DNA of 64,000 bases from Macrostomum lignano (Eukaryota). Positions 1-12,200 of the stretch are shown here, one piece after another; the first letter of the stretch is position 1; every line of letters begins with the position of its first letter. The translations under genes and the position numbers were made by a program. The notes beneath the pieces are model-generated. The model was given only the letters and a program-made list of their open reading frames with translations, did not search any database and was not told the DNA's origin. The stretch covers positions 118,258 to 182,257 of the forward strand of contig NIVC01000909.1 in NCBI GenBank assembly GCA_002269645.1, given 5' to 3'.

Positions 1-856
1 ATGGGCCGCAGGGGATGGGGCAGCGGACGGAGCTACCGGAAAAAACAAAGAATAAAACAAAATAATTCTTACGCCAAACGATGGGGCAAGGGATGGGGCA
101 GGGGAATGGGCAGCGGATGACGGAAAGGGCCATCAGCGGGTCAGTAAATTGAGTCATTCGTCAAACAGTGGTAGTTTCGCCCTACCACACCACCCACTCT
201 GTTTCTGTTAGACAAATTTGAGATTTTTTCTACTAAAGTTCCTAAGAAAAATCCTCGATATAAACAAATAGATCGCAGGGCACCAGGAATAATAAAAGTT
301 CAAGGCTTTCATTTTCCACTTATCATTCTAGAATTTGTAACCATTTTTAGAATAATTCTGTAATTCTCAGTGAGATCAGTGAGATGATGTGATCATGGAG
401 ATCATGGAGATTTCTGGCTCCATGAGCTCAGTGAGATCGGAATTAGAGAAATCTAAATAATTCTAGAATAATTTCATTCACCTCAAGCTGCTGAGTAATC
501 TTACCTGTACATTGCTAATAGAAATGCATTGTTCGTTCATCTCTAGGCCCTAGCTAACCCCTCCCAACTGAACTGAGAAGCTGCGCTGAGACCCACTGAA
601 GTACTGCAGGAGAGCTAGAGGGCTTAAAGAAGAGAATCTGTCTCCTAGCTACAGTGTAGTCAATTTAAAAAAGCTTCTGTGTAACTAAAGGTTAGAGACA
701 GCAGAGGCTTATTGCGCTGCAGTGTTGCTTCTGCAAAAGTAGCTGGCAAATTATAAACTTTAAGACGAGAAAAGCACTTAGTTTGAAGCCGCCTGGGACT
801 GCTATAGCAGGACAGAAAACCAACAGAAAACCGCTACTTGAAAAAGCAGTTCGAGC

Positions 857-3220
857 ATGGCAACAGAGATGGAGCAAAAACTGAGAGCGGCGCTGGAGGC
901 TGGAGACAGCGTGGAATTGATGCAACTATGCGCTGGGACTGACGACAACATCTGGCTGACTGTTGGCGGGTATGATAAAGGAATGTTTCACTCTGATGTG
1001 CTGCACCAGTCACTGGCCCATCACGTGGCCTGCAAGCCGGTGAGTTTGTCCTGCCTGGAGCTGCTGATTGACAGATTCGGACCCGCCTGTTTGTTGTGTA
1101 GATACGATATGGGTGAGACTCCAGTGCACTTGACAGCCCTGCATAAAGACGAATCTTGGATGAAGCTGATTACAGAGAAGGGAGGCAGAGACATCTTGAT
1201 AAATGCAAATCATTGCAGAATGTCAGTCACTCACTTTGCTGCTATGAACAGAGAATGTAATTCGTGTCTGAAGTGGCTGGCGATGATAGGCAGATTTCAT
1301 ATCACAGTTCCTGACTATCGAGGTAACAGAGCCTTCCATTTAGCCGCCAAGTATCAGGGCATCGAGTCGCTGGAGTGGATCAAGAGTGAGATCGGAACTG
1401 ACTGCTTTCGGCTGAAAGGAGAGCGTAATAGAACAGCATTTCACTTTGCTGCTGAGAAGTCTGACAATTCAAATCTGAAGTGGTTTGTGAATGAGCTAGG
1501 AAGCAACTGTCTCACAATTCCTGATAGAGACGGCACCACGGCCGTCCACTTGGCCGCTCAGCATCAAAGCATCGAGTCGCTGGAGTGGATCAAGAGAGTC
1601 ATCGGCATTGACTGCTTTCGACGAAAAGATCATCATTGTAGATCCGCATGTCACTATGCTGCTCAGAACGCTGATTCTTCAATTCTAAAGTGGCTGATGA
1701 GAGAGTTTGATAGCGACTGTCTCACAATTCCTGACTCATCGCGTATCACGGCTGTCCACTTGGCCATCAAGCATCAAGGCGTCGAGTCGCTGGAGTGGAT
1801 CAAGAGAGAGATCGGAACCGACTGCTTTCGACAAAGAGGAGACCGTGTTAGATCAGTGTTTCACTATGCTGCTCAAAACATGGACCCTTTAAATCTAATG
1901 TGGCTGTCGAGAGCGTTCGACAACAGCTGTCTCACCGCTCCTGATAGAGACGGTAACACGGCTGTCCACTTGGCCTCTATGCACCAGGGCATCGAGTCGC
2001 TGGAGTGGGTCAAGAGTGAGATCGGCACCGACTGCTTTCGGCCTAAAGGATATCGTGATAGAACAGCATTTCACTTTGCTGCTAAGAAGTCTGACCATTC
2101 AAATCTGGAGTGGTTTGTGAAGGAGCTCGGCAACGACTGCCTCACAGTTCCTGATAGAGACGGTAACACGGCTGTCTATTTGGTCGCTAAGCATCAGGGA
2201 ATCGAGTCGCTTGAATGGATCAAGGGACAGATAGGAACTGACTGCTTCCGACTGAAGGGATTCTTAGATCGAGCAGCGTTTCACATTGCATCTTTAAAAT
2301 CTGAAAATTCAAATCTGAAGTGGTTGGTAAAAGTCATCGGCAGCGACTGTCTCACAGTTCCTGACGAATACGGTGACACGGCCGTTCATTTTGCCGCTGA
2401 GCATCAGAGCATCGACTCATTAGAATGGATAAAGAGAGAGATCGGAACTGACTGCTTTAAGATTAAGGGAGACCGTGATAAAACGGCATTCCACTTCGCT
2501 GCACAGAAATCTGATGATTCAAATCTGATATGGCTGGTGAACGAGTTTGACGACCGTTACCTGACTGTTCCTGACAAATCTGGTATCACGGCGATCCATT
2601 TCGCCACCAGATATCAGCAGGACACTCAGTCGCTGGATATGATAAAGAAGGAGCTCCCCGAATATGACTGCAGACGCTGCTTTGGGTTGAAAGATTTAAG
2701 TGAAAGAACAACATTTCATTACGCTGCTCAGAAGTCAGACAGTTCAAATCTTGAGTGGCTGGTGAGGTTGTATAACATTGACTGGCTCACGGCTCCTGAC
2801 AAATTTGGTGACACGGCCGTACATTTTGCCGCTCAGCATCAGGGCGTCGAGTCGCTGGAGTGGATCAAGAGACAGATCGGAACTGACTGCTTCTGGACAA
2901 AGAAGTTGAATAGAGCAGCATTTCACTTTGCTGCACAGAGGTCTGACGATTCCAACTTGAAGTGGATGGCGAAAAATATAGGCAGCGACTGTCTCACAGT
3001 TCCTGACTGTAGAGGTGACACGGCGGTCCATTTGGCCGCTGAGTATCAGAGTGTCGAATCGCTTGAGTGGATGAAGAGAGAGCTCGGAACTGACTGCTTC
3101 CGGACAAAGGGGTTTTTGGATAGAACAGCATTTCACTTTGCTGCTGAGAAGTCTGACAATTCAAATCTGAAGTGGCTGGTGAAGGAGCTCGGCAGCGACT
3201 ATCTCACAGTTCCTGACTGA
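857..3220 (+). CDS. Intronless ankyrin-repeat protein (787 aa to the first stop), built from tandem 70-aa two-repeat units
   Basis: ORF with recurring D.xG.TAVHLAA and DRTAFHFAA ankyrin motifs at a 210-nt period. No other domain recognised. Confidence 0.85.
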   Translation: MATEMEQKLRAALEAGDSVELMQLCAGTDDNIWLTVGGYDKGMFHSDVLHQSLAHHVACKPVSLSCLELLIDRFGPACLLCRYDMGETPVHLTALHKDESWMKLITEKGGRDILINANHCRMSVTHFAAMNRECNSCLKWLAMIGRFHITVPDYRGNRAFHLAAKYQGIESLEWIKSEIGTDCFRLKGERNRTAFHFAAEKSDNSNLKWFVNELGSNCLTIPDRDGTTAVHLAAQHQSIESLEWIKRVIGIDCFRRKDHHCRSACHYAAQNADSSILKWLMREFDSDCLTIPDSSRITAVHLAIKHQGVESLEWIKREIGTDCFRQRGDRVRSVFHYAAQNMDPLNLMWLSRAFDNSCLTAPDRDGNTAVHLASMHQGIESLEWVKSEIGTDCFRPKGYRDRTAFHFAAKKSDHSNLEWFVKELGNDCLTVPDRDGNTAVYLVAKHQGIESLEWIKGQIGTDCFRLKGFLDRAAFHIASLKSENSNLKWLVKVIGSDCLTVPDEYGDTAVHFAAEHQSIDSLEWIKREIGTDCFKIKGDRDKTAFHFAAQKSDDSNLIWLVNEFDDRYLTVPDKSGITAIHFATRYQQDTQSLDMIKKELPEYDCRRCFGLKDLSERTTFHYAAQKSDSSNLEWLVRLYNIDWLTAPDKFGDTAVHFAAQHQGVESLEWIKRQIGTDCFWTKKLNRAAFHFAAQRSDDSNLKWMAKNIGSDCLTVPDCRGDTAVHLAAEYQSVESLEWMKRELGTDCFRTKGFLDRTAFHFAAEKSDNSNLKWLVKELGSDYLTVPD

Positions 3221-3630
3221 AGAGGTGACACGGCCGTCCATTTGGCCGCTGAGTATCAATGCGTCGAATCGCTGGAGTGGATCAAGAGAGAGATCGGAAC
3301 TGACTGCTTTCGGCTGAAGGGACCGTGTGATAGAACAACATATCATATTGCTGCTGTGAACTGTGCAAACTTGAATCTGAAGTGGCTGGTTGAGGAGGTC
3401 GGAAGCGACGGTCTCAAAGTTCCTGACAGATACGGTGACACGCCCGTCCATCTGGCTGCTGAATGGCAGACAGTCGACTCTCTTCAGTTCATTTACGATA
3501 AAATTGGAGCAGAGAAGTGTTCAGCTGGAAGAACAACGAAGGCAAAACGCCAGCTGATTTTGTTGAAGATTCGTGGTGCAGAGATCGAACTGTGAAGCAG
3601 GGTTGGATTGGAGAATTTTCCTTAAGCTAA
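3221..3630 (+). pseudogene. Continuation of the ankyrin-repeat gene beyond an in-frame TGA, with a probable 1-nt frameshift near 3514
   Basis: The same frame continues RGDTAVHLAAEYQ after TGA 3218-3220. A shifted frame from 3514 reads EVFSWKNNEGKTPADF, a typical terminal ankyrin motif, and stops at 3628-3630. Confidence 0.65.
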
Positions 3631-3989
3631 AAGAAACAGATCGTCAAGCTTTTTTAAAAATTCTTCAATGTTTTTTCACATATTGACAAGGTTTGGATGT
3701 CCGTGAATTGATGTTCTGTCGTTTCTTAACAGGAGCAGCTATTGATTTTTTAAGTGCAAAAATAATGCCATCGTTTGATTTTAATTAAAAAAATCATTGC
3801 GCTGTGTGACCTAAAAGTAATTTGTTTCCTAGACATTTTATTGAGTCGTCTGAGTTTTGTTTATCTATTACGAGTAATAATGTTTTACTTGCTTTAATAT
3901 ACGTTCTCACTGCTAATCATTGCTTACATTTGAATTTGGTGGTTGCATATTTTATTGATCTTCTGTAGGCTTTTTTTTCTTGAGCAAGC

Positions 3990-4870
3990 TTTTCCATGTA
4001 AAATAATACGCCTCTTATTTAGTAGCTAGACTTCTAATGATGACACTTCGTAGATTCATTTGTGTTTTTTGAGTGCTACTGCTACAGATGTAAAAGTACA
4101 TGTTATTTTAGTTATTTACTCCTGAATTCAGTTCAACCATTTTTATAGATTTTTGTTGATTCTAAGAGCATTAAAAGTTTTTGAGAGTCGCTTACAGACT
4201 GGGCCTGTAATGTAAAAAAACCAGCTTGCCTTGTTGCGGTGAATTTACAATTTAGAGGCCTAGGAAGCTGTAGACACGTATTATTTTCTACATGTAGATC
4301 TCTTCTCTGCAGCCCTTCTATGACTTGCCGTGACCCGCTATTTAATGATGAGAGTCTTGCTTACATTTTAAGTTCGATGTTGGATGTTGTATATTTTATG
4401 GATATTGAAGATTTTTTTGACGAGTAGACTTTTATATGTAGAATCATACGCCTTTTATTAGACTTTTAATGATTTGTAACCTTGTAGATATATTTGTGTT
4501 TTTTGAGTGCTATGGCTACACATGCATGTAAACGTACATGAGTGTTATTTAAATGTACTAAAGTTTTCTTTTCTAAGCGTTAATCGATTTTTTTTATTCT
4601 AGGATATCATTGAAAGTTTTTGAGGCATGCAGTTACAGCACAGGCTGGGCCTACCCATGTAATGTAAAAGCTGCTGTTTCGTTGCGGTGTTTTACAATTT
4701 AGCGGCTTAGCTATGGCAAGCCACACATAATTTTCTTCTTCATGGATCTCTGCAGCCCTTCTGTGACTTGCCGCCTGTGACCCGCTGTTCAATGATCTGA
4801 TATTTCTCATTAAATTCTTGTTTTTAAGTTGTAGCAAATGATGAGCGTTGTGTTGAAAAAGATGAGACAC
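3990..4870. repeat. Diverged tandem duplication of about 440 bp
   Basis: Blocks such as atacgcc...tttgagtgcta, ctgggcct...gttgcggtg and tctctgcagcccttct.tgacttgcc occur twice, about 440 bp apart. Confidence 0.7.
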
Positions 4871-5080
4871 TGTTTTGATTAACAGGACTTTTACCATAAT
4901 ATAGCTACACAAATATTTTTGACCCAAAAATCAGCGTCCACTTTCTTTCATACAAACGGCAATTGTTCTGAAGCTACGAGAGGGTCGCCTGCGACATACA
5001 TGTCGGGGCGCCTGGACGGCGCTTGGCACCTGTGGCTCGCGCGCCATATGGTAGGGTGTACATGTCGGGGTACATGTCGA

Positions 5081-5288
5081 GAGGGTCGCCTGCGGCATAC
5101 ATGTCGGGAGGGTCGCCTGCGGCATACATGTCGGGAGGGTCGCCTGCGGCATACATGTCGGGAGGGTCGCCTGCGGCATACATGTCGGGAGGGTCGCCTG
5201 CGGCATACATGTCGGGAGGGTCGCCTGCGGCATACATGTCGGGAGGGTCGCCTGCGGCATACATGTCGGGAGGGTCGCCTGCGGCATG
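5081..5288. repeat. 27-bp minisatellite (gtcgggagggtcgcctgcggcatacat), about 8 copies
   Basis: Direct reading. A partial copy lies at about 4980-5010. Confidence 0.95.
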
Positions 5289-5551
5289 AGGTGGTTGACA
5301 CCCACCTCACCTCCAAAAAGGGACCTTACGAAGTTGATTAGTAGTCAGGCAGACTGGCAGACATTGATGCTCCATCTGCAACACAGCTCATATCTATGCG
5401 AAAAGCCATGTACACTGTACTCGTAGCTGAAAAACCACTCCATACATACCGGTTTCAATATGCCTCACTGCAGTCAAACAGCCATCATTCGCGGTGATGG
5501 TGGAGCTGTGCAGCGAGATCTGCATGTACGGCTTCCGGTATTTTAGAGTCA

Positions 5552-6380
5552 TGGTGATTGGGAGTGACTAGCTTTCTGGTGATTGGGAGTGACTTTCTGG
5601 TGATTGGGAGTGACTTTCTGGTGATTGTGAGTGACTTTCTGGTGATTGGGAGTGACTTTCTGGTGATTGAGAGTGACTTTCTGGTGATTGAGAGTGACTT
5701 TCTGGTGATTGGGAGTGACTTTCTGGTGATTGGGAGTGACTTTTTGGTGATTGGGAGTGACTTTCTGGTGATTGGGAGTGACTTTCTGGTGATTGGGAGT
5801 GACTAGCTTTCTGGTGATTGGGAGTGACTTTCTGGTGATTGAGAGTGACTTTCTGGTGATTGTGAGTGACTTTCTGGTGATTGGGAGTGACTTTCTGGTG
5901 ATTGAGAGTGACTTTCTGGTGATTGGGAGTGACTTTCTGGTGATTGGGAGTGACTTTCTGGTGATTGGGAGTGACTTTTTGGTGATTGGGAGTGACTTTC
6001 TGGTGATTGGGAGTGACTTTCTGGTGATTGGGAGTGACTTTCTGGTGATTGGGAGTGACTTTCTGGTGATTGGGAGTGACTTTTTGGTGATTGGGAGTGA
6101 CTTTCTGGTGATTGGGAGTGACTTTCTGGTGATTGGGAGTGACTTTCTGGTGATTGGGAGTGACTTTCTGGTGATTGGGAGTGACTTTCTGGTGATTGGG
6201 AGTGACTTTCTGGTGATTGGGAGTGACTTTCTGGTGATTGGGAGTGACTTTCTGGTGATTGGGAGTGACTTTCTGGTGATTGGGAGTGACTTTCTGGTGA
6301 TTGGGAGTGACTTTCTGGTGATTGGGAGTGACTTTCTCAACTGGTGATTGGGAGTGACTTTCTCAACTGGTGATTGACTT
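5552..6380. repeat. 21-bp minisatellite (ctggtgattgggagtgacttt), about 39 copies, with a degenerate tail to about 6520
   Basis: Direct reading. Confidence 0.95.
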
Positions 6381-8303
6381 TTTTGTAATCAGGAGTGACT
6401 TTCTCGACTCAACTGGTGATCAAAGAGTGACTTTCTGGTAATTAGGAGTGGCTGTCTCAACTGGTGATTGGGGGTTACTCTGTTGGTAATTGGGTAATTG
6501 GGAGTGAATTTCTGGTGATTGTGGGATTTAAACCCCGGGCATCGAGTGTGGCATAGCTTCAGCACCCCAAACATTGGTATAAAACTATACATGTATATAT
6601 TAAAATTGATGCAAGAACAGATAGAAGAACATTTGAGCTCTGCCCCCAATTGATTTCACCTGGAAGCAAAAAGAGCAGGGCTTGGAGTTATCCGGAGCTC
6701 GGCTCGGCGCAACCCCCCTACCGCGGCCTCACGCCATCTTCCCCAGTCCAGCCTCCCAGCGTCCGACTGAGTGAGGCAGCGAGGAGAGGGCGGGAACGTG
6801 CTCAGCCCAGATTCAGAAGGCGCTCCACTCGTTATAATGTCACCGGCACGGCAACCCGAGAAACGAACCCCCAACCCATTCTCATCCCCCCGAACTGAGG
6901 CCTACTATAGCTCCCTTCTTTGTCAGCTCCTTTTTTGGCAGCCGCGTAATTGACAAAAGCCTCGCACTGTTGCGCCGAGTTTGCCGCACCTTCGAAGTAA
7001 TTGCTTGTTCAACACGTCGAAGCCCCCTCTCGGGTCGGGGGGGGGGGGGGGGGCGCCCGAGACCATGCTAGCTAATTGCCGGTCAGTTGAAACCTGGGCT
7101 CGTCGCGTCAGGTTGGGGTGGACTTTCTTAAGTTCTTGAGAGTGCTAAGTGACTTTCCGGTAAATTGGGAGTGACCTCTGGGGTGGTGTGTGGTGCTGGG
7201 AGTGCTGAATTTCTGGAAGATTAAGAGTGAAGTATCGGGAGGTTGGAAGTGACTTTTTGGGGTTCGGGAGTAACTCGATCTATGCTCTTGGTAATAATTA
7301 ACCTTTTCTCGGGTGCTGGGAGCGACTCAGCTCAGACTGGGAAGCGCCTAACTATGACACGCCTCAACTGTTTCCTTCTAGCGCATAACCTGTTTTTTGC
7401 TATAGCGCCTAACCTCTTTCCTTCCAGCGTCGCACATGCTCCTTTATAATTTCTGGCGCTTTGCAGTATCATTGCAATTAAAAACAATGCTAATCACATC
7501 GCCGTGTCTTTCCATCACACCTTCGCAGCTTAGAGTACAGCGCCAATTAGCTGCTCACCTGACTGAAGGCTCACCGGATGTACAATTAAAAGTACCACGA
7601 CAGGCCAAATAAAGTGCAAAGTGCAATACTCAGTTTCAGTCAAACTACTCAAAACGGCGCAGACAGATCAGTGCTCAGCTCCTATGAGCTAAGTTGGAAT
7701 TTAAGTAGACTCTCTAGATCAACATCCTATAGATCTCACCCAACCGAATCAGATCTAGAAACTTAGACAAGGACCACTTGAAGTAACTAGTGGTCCTCGA
7801 ACTCAAAGTTGCCGACCGATGGCCAAAAAGGAATCCTACATGTATAGTATGACGCCAGCCACATGTACCATGTACATACGTATAGTCTTCGAATCAGCCG
7901 CAAGTTGGATGATCTGCTGGCTGCATTTTTTAAATTATATTAAAGACATTTTATCACCCTTAATTTTAGTTTTACCATCTGTATACTTGCTGCTGCCTAC
8001 TTTTATACGTGTATGCAGAGCTTGCATCGGCTATATAGGGCCGGGTAATGTACATGCATGCAAGGACAACTTAAGTAGATACTGCAGGAGTACGCATCCT
8101 TGCATGCAATGTACTACGAGTACTACATCACAAGTTTTTACAGCTCCAAGTTATATGGAGTCTATGTAGCTTATAAATTTACAATTGCAAGTGCAAATGC
8201 GAATGTATGTAGTAGGAACCAAGTGCATAATTGCAATGCAAATTCAAACGAATGAGCTAGGATTTGCAGCTTTATTAAAATAACCTAATTGGCGCATGCA
8301 TGC

Positions 8304-8453
8304 GCAACCTAGGGATTCACCCGGCCGTTTCTATTGGCAACACTCATAAAGGTCGCTATTCGCTGAGAGTAGTCACGTGACTACTATTCCGTCCAATAGC
8401 GACTTACATGTGTGTGTTGCCAATAGAAACGGCCGGGTGAATCCCTAGGTTGC
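8304..8453. repeat. Nested inverted repeat (foldback or MITE-like)
   Basis: Perfect 40-bp arms at 8304-8343 and 8414-8453, 9-bp inner arms at 8352-8360 and 8395-8403, and a central 18-bp palindrome agtagtcacgtgactact at 8368-8385. Confidence 0.9.
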
Positions 8454-9016
8454 ACCCAAGCATGCTTGGCGGAGGCGACTACGCATTTTAAATAAGTTAA
8501 CTAATTTTTATACGCTTTGCTACTAAAGACTATTCTTCAAGAACACTCAATAAAAGCTTTAAGTTCTACTGTTTTTTTAGTTCCGTAACTATTTTGTTAT
8601 AATCTGTAACTTTTTTGTAGAAATTCTGTTTTACAAAATTTTACAAAATTCGAATTTGACCTTGGGATCGGGGACTCAAATACGGACGGACGCGCGCGCG
8701 CGTCGAACGGGTGGTTGTCACGCAAATCTGAGCTGTTTAAGTTAGTTTATTTTGCTGCATTTGTTAGAAATTGAATATCAGTACGAATATCTATGGGGAA
8801 ATAGATACGTGAACGGGGGGGAGGCGGCGTGGTCTTCGGCTGCTAGTTGTTTTTATATATGGGCATCTCAGACTTAGACCAGACTGATCAAATCGGTAAC
8901 TGTCCACTTCGCCACTTCGGTAAATGGGAAAACTTTTGAGACCCTAACTGGTAGCACATTATACTCATACCCAATCAGATTTAATGAATACAATGCACTT
9001 CAAAGAAGATAATAGT

Positions 9017-9204
9017 CAGTAGCGCAACCAGAAATTTTTCAAGGGGGGGCGGATTCTGAGGGTAAAGTCCCGGGAGGGGGGGGGGGCGGCGAAGGGGTGG
9101 CTCTGTTTTTGGCGAAAATTCGCTTGGTCCCCCCTTTGATTTTTTTTGGTCCCCCGCCTAAGGGGGGGGCGACTGCCCCCCGCCCCCCCCAGGTTGCGCC
9201 ACTG
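9017..9204. mobile_element. Non-autonomous hAT-like MITE (188 bp)
   Basis: 13-bp TIRs cagtagcgcaacc / ggttgcgccactg (1 mismatch). Flanking 8-mers ataatagt / atgatagt match 7/8, consistent with an 8-bp TSD. GC-rich interior in an AT-rich context. Confidence 0.75.
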
Positions 9205-12200
9205 ATGATAGTATAGCCTAATATAATAATATGCTTAGTATCAGTACAGTAAGTTAAGCCAAGGTCTAAAAAGTTCCCATACATCTAGTTTGTATAAATA
9301 AAATAGTGTCAAGCCTCCTAGATGTACTGTTGTAACATGTTGATAATCAATGAATTATTTATAATTTATAAATAAATAGGCTTAATATCATTATAATGCA
9401 ATTTCAAGGATAATTTACTATAGTATAGGATTTTTCAGTAGGTATTTTACTTTTAAAACTTGTTTTAAAAAAGAAAATATTTTTTATTTGATATTTATTG
9501 ACCTGTACCGTAGGCATAGGCCTTTTAATAATTTAAAAGTATGTCTAGTGTCCACAATACAAATATTTTATTCATTTAAAATTAGGCCTAGTTTTTTTAT
9601 TTTTAAAAGTTTGGTAGCATTAGAATATTAGAATAAAACAAAGAAGTTAAAAATTATATTAAAAGCTAGCCTACTAAAGTAAACTTATAAATTCTAATAC
9701 TGTCAAAAATATTAGCTTCAAAAATCGATTACCAATATTGGTATAAAAATGCAAATTTTTCTATCAAAATTCTCTCATTCATTACATAAGCCCTATTGTA
9801 CTTAGTCAAAATGGTCCAAAAAATTAGAAATCAATTAAAAAGGCAAAGGAAAAATATTGGCACAAATGCAAAGTGTGTTAAGAATAGAAGTCTTATCACT
9901 AGGTTTTTTTGCCCAAGACAAGATACAAAACTGTACCTTATGCCTATTTTCAAGGTGCAAGTTAAGGCTCAAAGTGCAATTTCTCTTTTTTCTTATGTCA
10001 AGGCAGCAAATAAGGCTTAAAAGGAAAAATAAGTTATGAGACCATGCCCAAACACTATCCACTTTTAATTTTAGGGTGCAATTTCAATTTTTAAGATGCA
10101 TAAACCTATGCACACTTTGTGTACAAAAATCCCCAGCTTAGCATCAGATTTAACTATAAATTAAAGACTAAGAACTTGCTATAGTTGTTCATTAGATCAA
10201 CTATCATTTAAAATACTCATTGTTAAAGTACTATATAAAAAAATTCAAGGCTTATAGAGTATTTTAAATAATATTTATTTATTATTTTTTACTTTAGCAA
10301 TTTAGCTATGGCATGTTAATAGAAATATATTAATGCCGAGAGAAAAGGCAGGGATGGAACAAGTGGTGATCAAGCATAGCAAGGCAGGCGGCAGCAGCCT
10401 CCTCTGAGTGGCATAAGCACCCTTTCACACTGAGCTAAACAACAAATAAATAAGGCACACACACACTGGGGGTTAGGGGTACTAGTCAGAGCACTTATGT
10501 ACAGCGCATAAAACAAGTATAAGGCAATAAAAAAGGGGGCAGCAAGGCAGGTTGCTCTCCCATTAAAACTGGATAAAGCTTACTTGCTTTACCCGCCTAA
10601 TAAAAAAATTGAAGTGATTAAATTCAATTGAGTATCTGATAGAACATCAATTTGAATATCAAATAATACCAAATATAAATATTCCTATTAATAATATATC
10701 CACCTTATTTATTTGTCCCTTTGCTAATAGTGCTAATTAGCAGTTGAATGAATTTATGCTAAATAGATTGCTATTACTTATCATTCACTTTTTAAAGCAT
10801 ATTATTTAGTATTTATTAGACTATATTAGAACTATTTATTATCTTTCAAACAATAGGCCTATATCTTTACTTACTTTTTAATAAAATGCACCTAAACCAA
10901 ACAGCAACTTACCTTTCCAAGTTTGTAGAATTGTGGGAATTAATATCTCCAAATCTATGTTCTATAAGCTTGAACATTAATGCTCCATTTTTTCTAAAGC
11001 CTTAATTCCAAGCACAACATACTTGTGACTACTCAAGCACTATTGCCTTTCCTTAAGACATGCCATGTATTGTACCTTCCTTAATTCCTTCTCTTTATTT
11101 ATAAGCCATCAGTCCATAACCCCTAATTCTCTTGACTCTTTAAACTCTCTATTCCTCCCAAAAGCCTTCTTATATTGTTGTAGGGGTGGTTGCTCTCTCT
11201 GAAATTATCCCACTGCTGCAACCAAAGTTGTGCTAGGGGTAACTTCTGTCTTTATAAATTGTTTTAATGTTGGTAGCTGCCACCAAGACTATTCTATTAA
11301 TAAATGATGAGTTTATTAATCTTTGAATAAGTCTGAGAAATGTTTCTTGGAATTAATCTGAGTATATATCTGATTAGTTGTCTGAGTATATATTTGAGAA
11401 TTTGTCTGAGTATATTGTTCTTAGAATACTATTTAGCCCTTACAAGTATCGCTATCCTGTTATTCTGGTAGCATTTACTATTATTCTGGTAGCATTTACT
11501 GTTATTCTGGCCTGAGCAGTATATTGGCTTACTGGTATATGTATTGCATGTACTTCCAATCCTGGGCATTACTGAGATCAGAGAGCCACAGCCTCCAGTT
11601 ATTCTTTCATGTATCAATTTAGGATCTACTTTGTAGTCTCTTACTACTTCCACTTCTCAGTAGTATATACTGTATGTGTTCTCTGCCACTTCACTTCTCT
11701 TCTGCAAATGAATAACTCGAAAAACAATCTTCAATAATGATTACTCGGAACTCTTACTATTTGCTATTAACTGTTTTGTTATCAAACTGCGATGCACAAG
11801 GTTGGTCTTTCCTCTGCTGAAAATGCTTCTATTTATACTAAAATTTACTGCTAGTTTAAACAAAAATTAGTTCATGTAAATATTATAAAAAATACATGTA
11901 TTATAACAAATGTGTTTTTCTAGATTTAGCACACATTCAAAATGAGTTGTACAATTATCAATTTTATAAAAGAATTGGGAGGGGCCCTGCACAATATCTT
12001 AATACAATGTGTTCAATTGTTATATCTCTAATTAAGTCAGAGCTGATGCAGACACATGTGGTCAACATGCTGATGAAATTTGGAGGCTTGGCAAGGCTGC
12101 ACTGAGGCACAGTGCTGATTGGTGCATAGGGGTATACTGAATACACTAGTGCTTATGGGAAAAATCTGACCTGGCAGAATTGTTGAATATCTTGATGGTC

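Noticed and set aside
4919-6347. HTCREGRLR and LVIGSDF / ITRKSLP ORFs, and a possible CRISPR-like array
   Set aside because: Head-to-tail minisatellites with no unique spacers, in eukaryotic DNA.
10913-11340. Apparent decayed minus-strand exon ending at a gtaagt donor
   Set aside because: Eight stops in about 140 codons is close to random for this AT content, and I recognise no motif.
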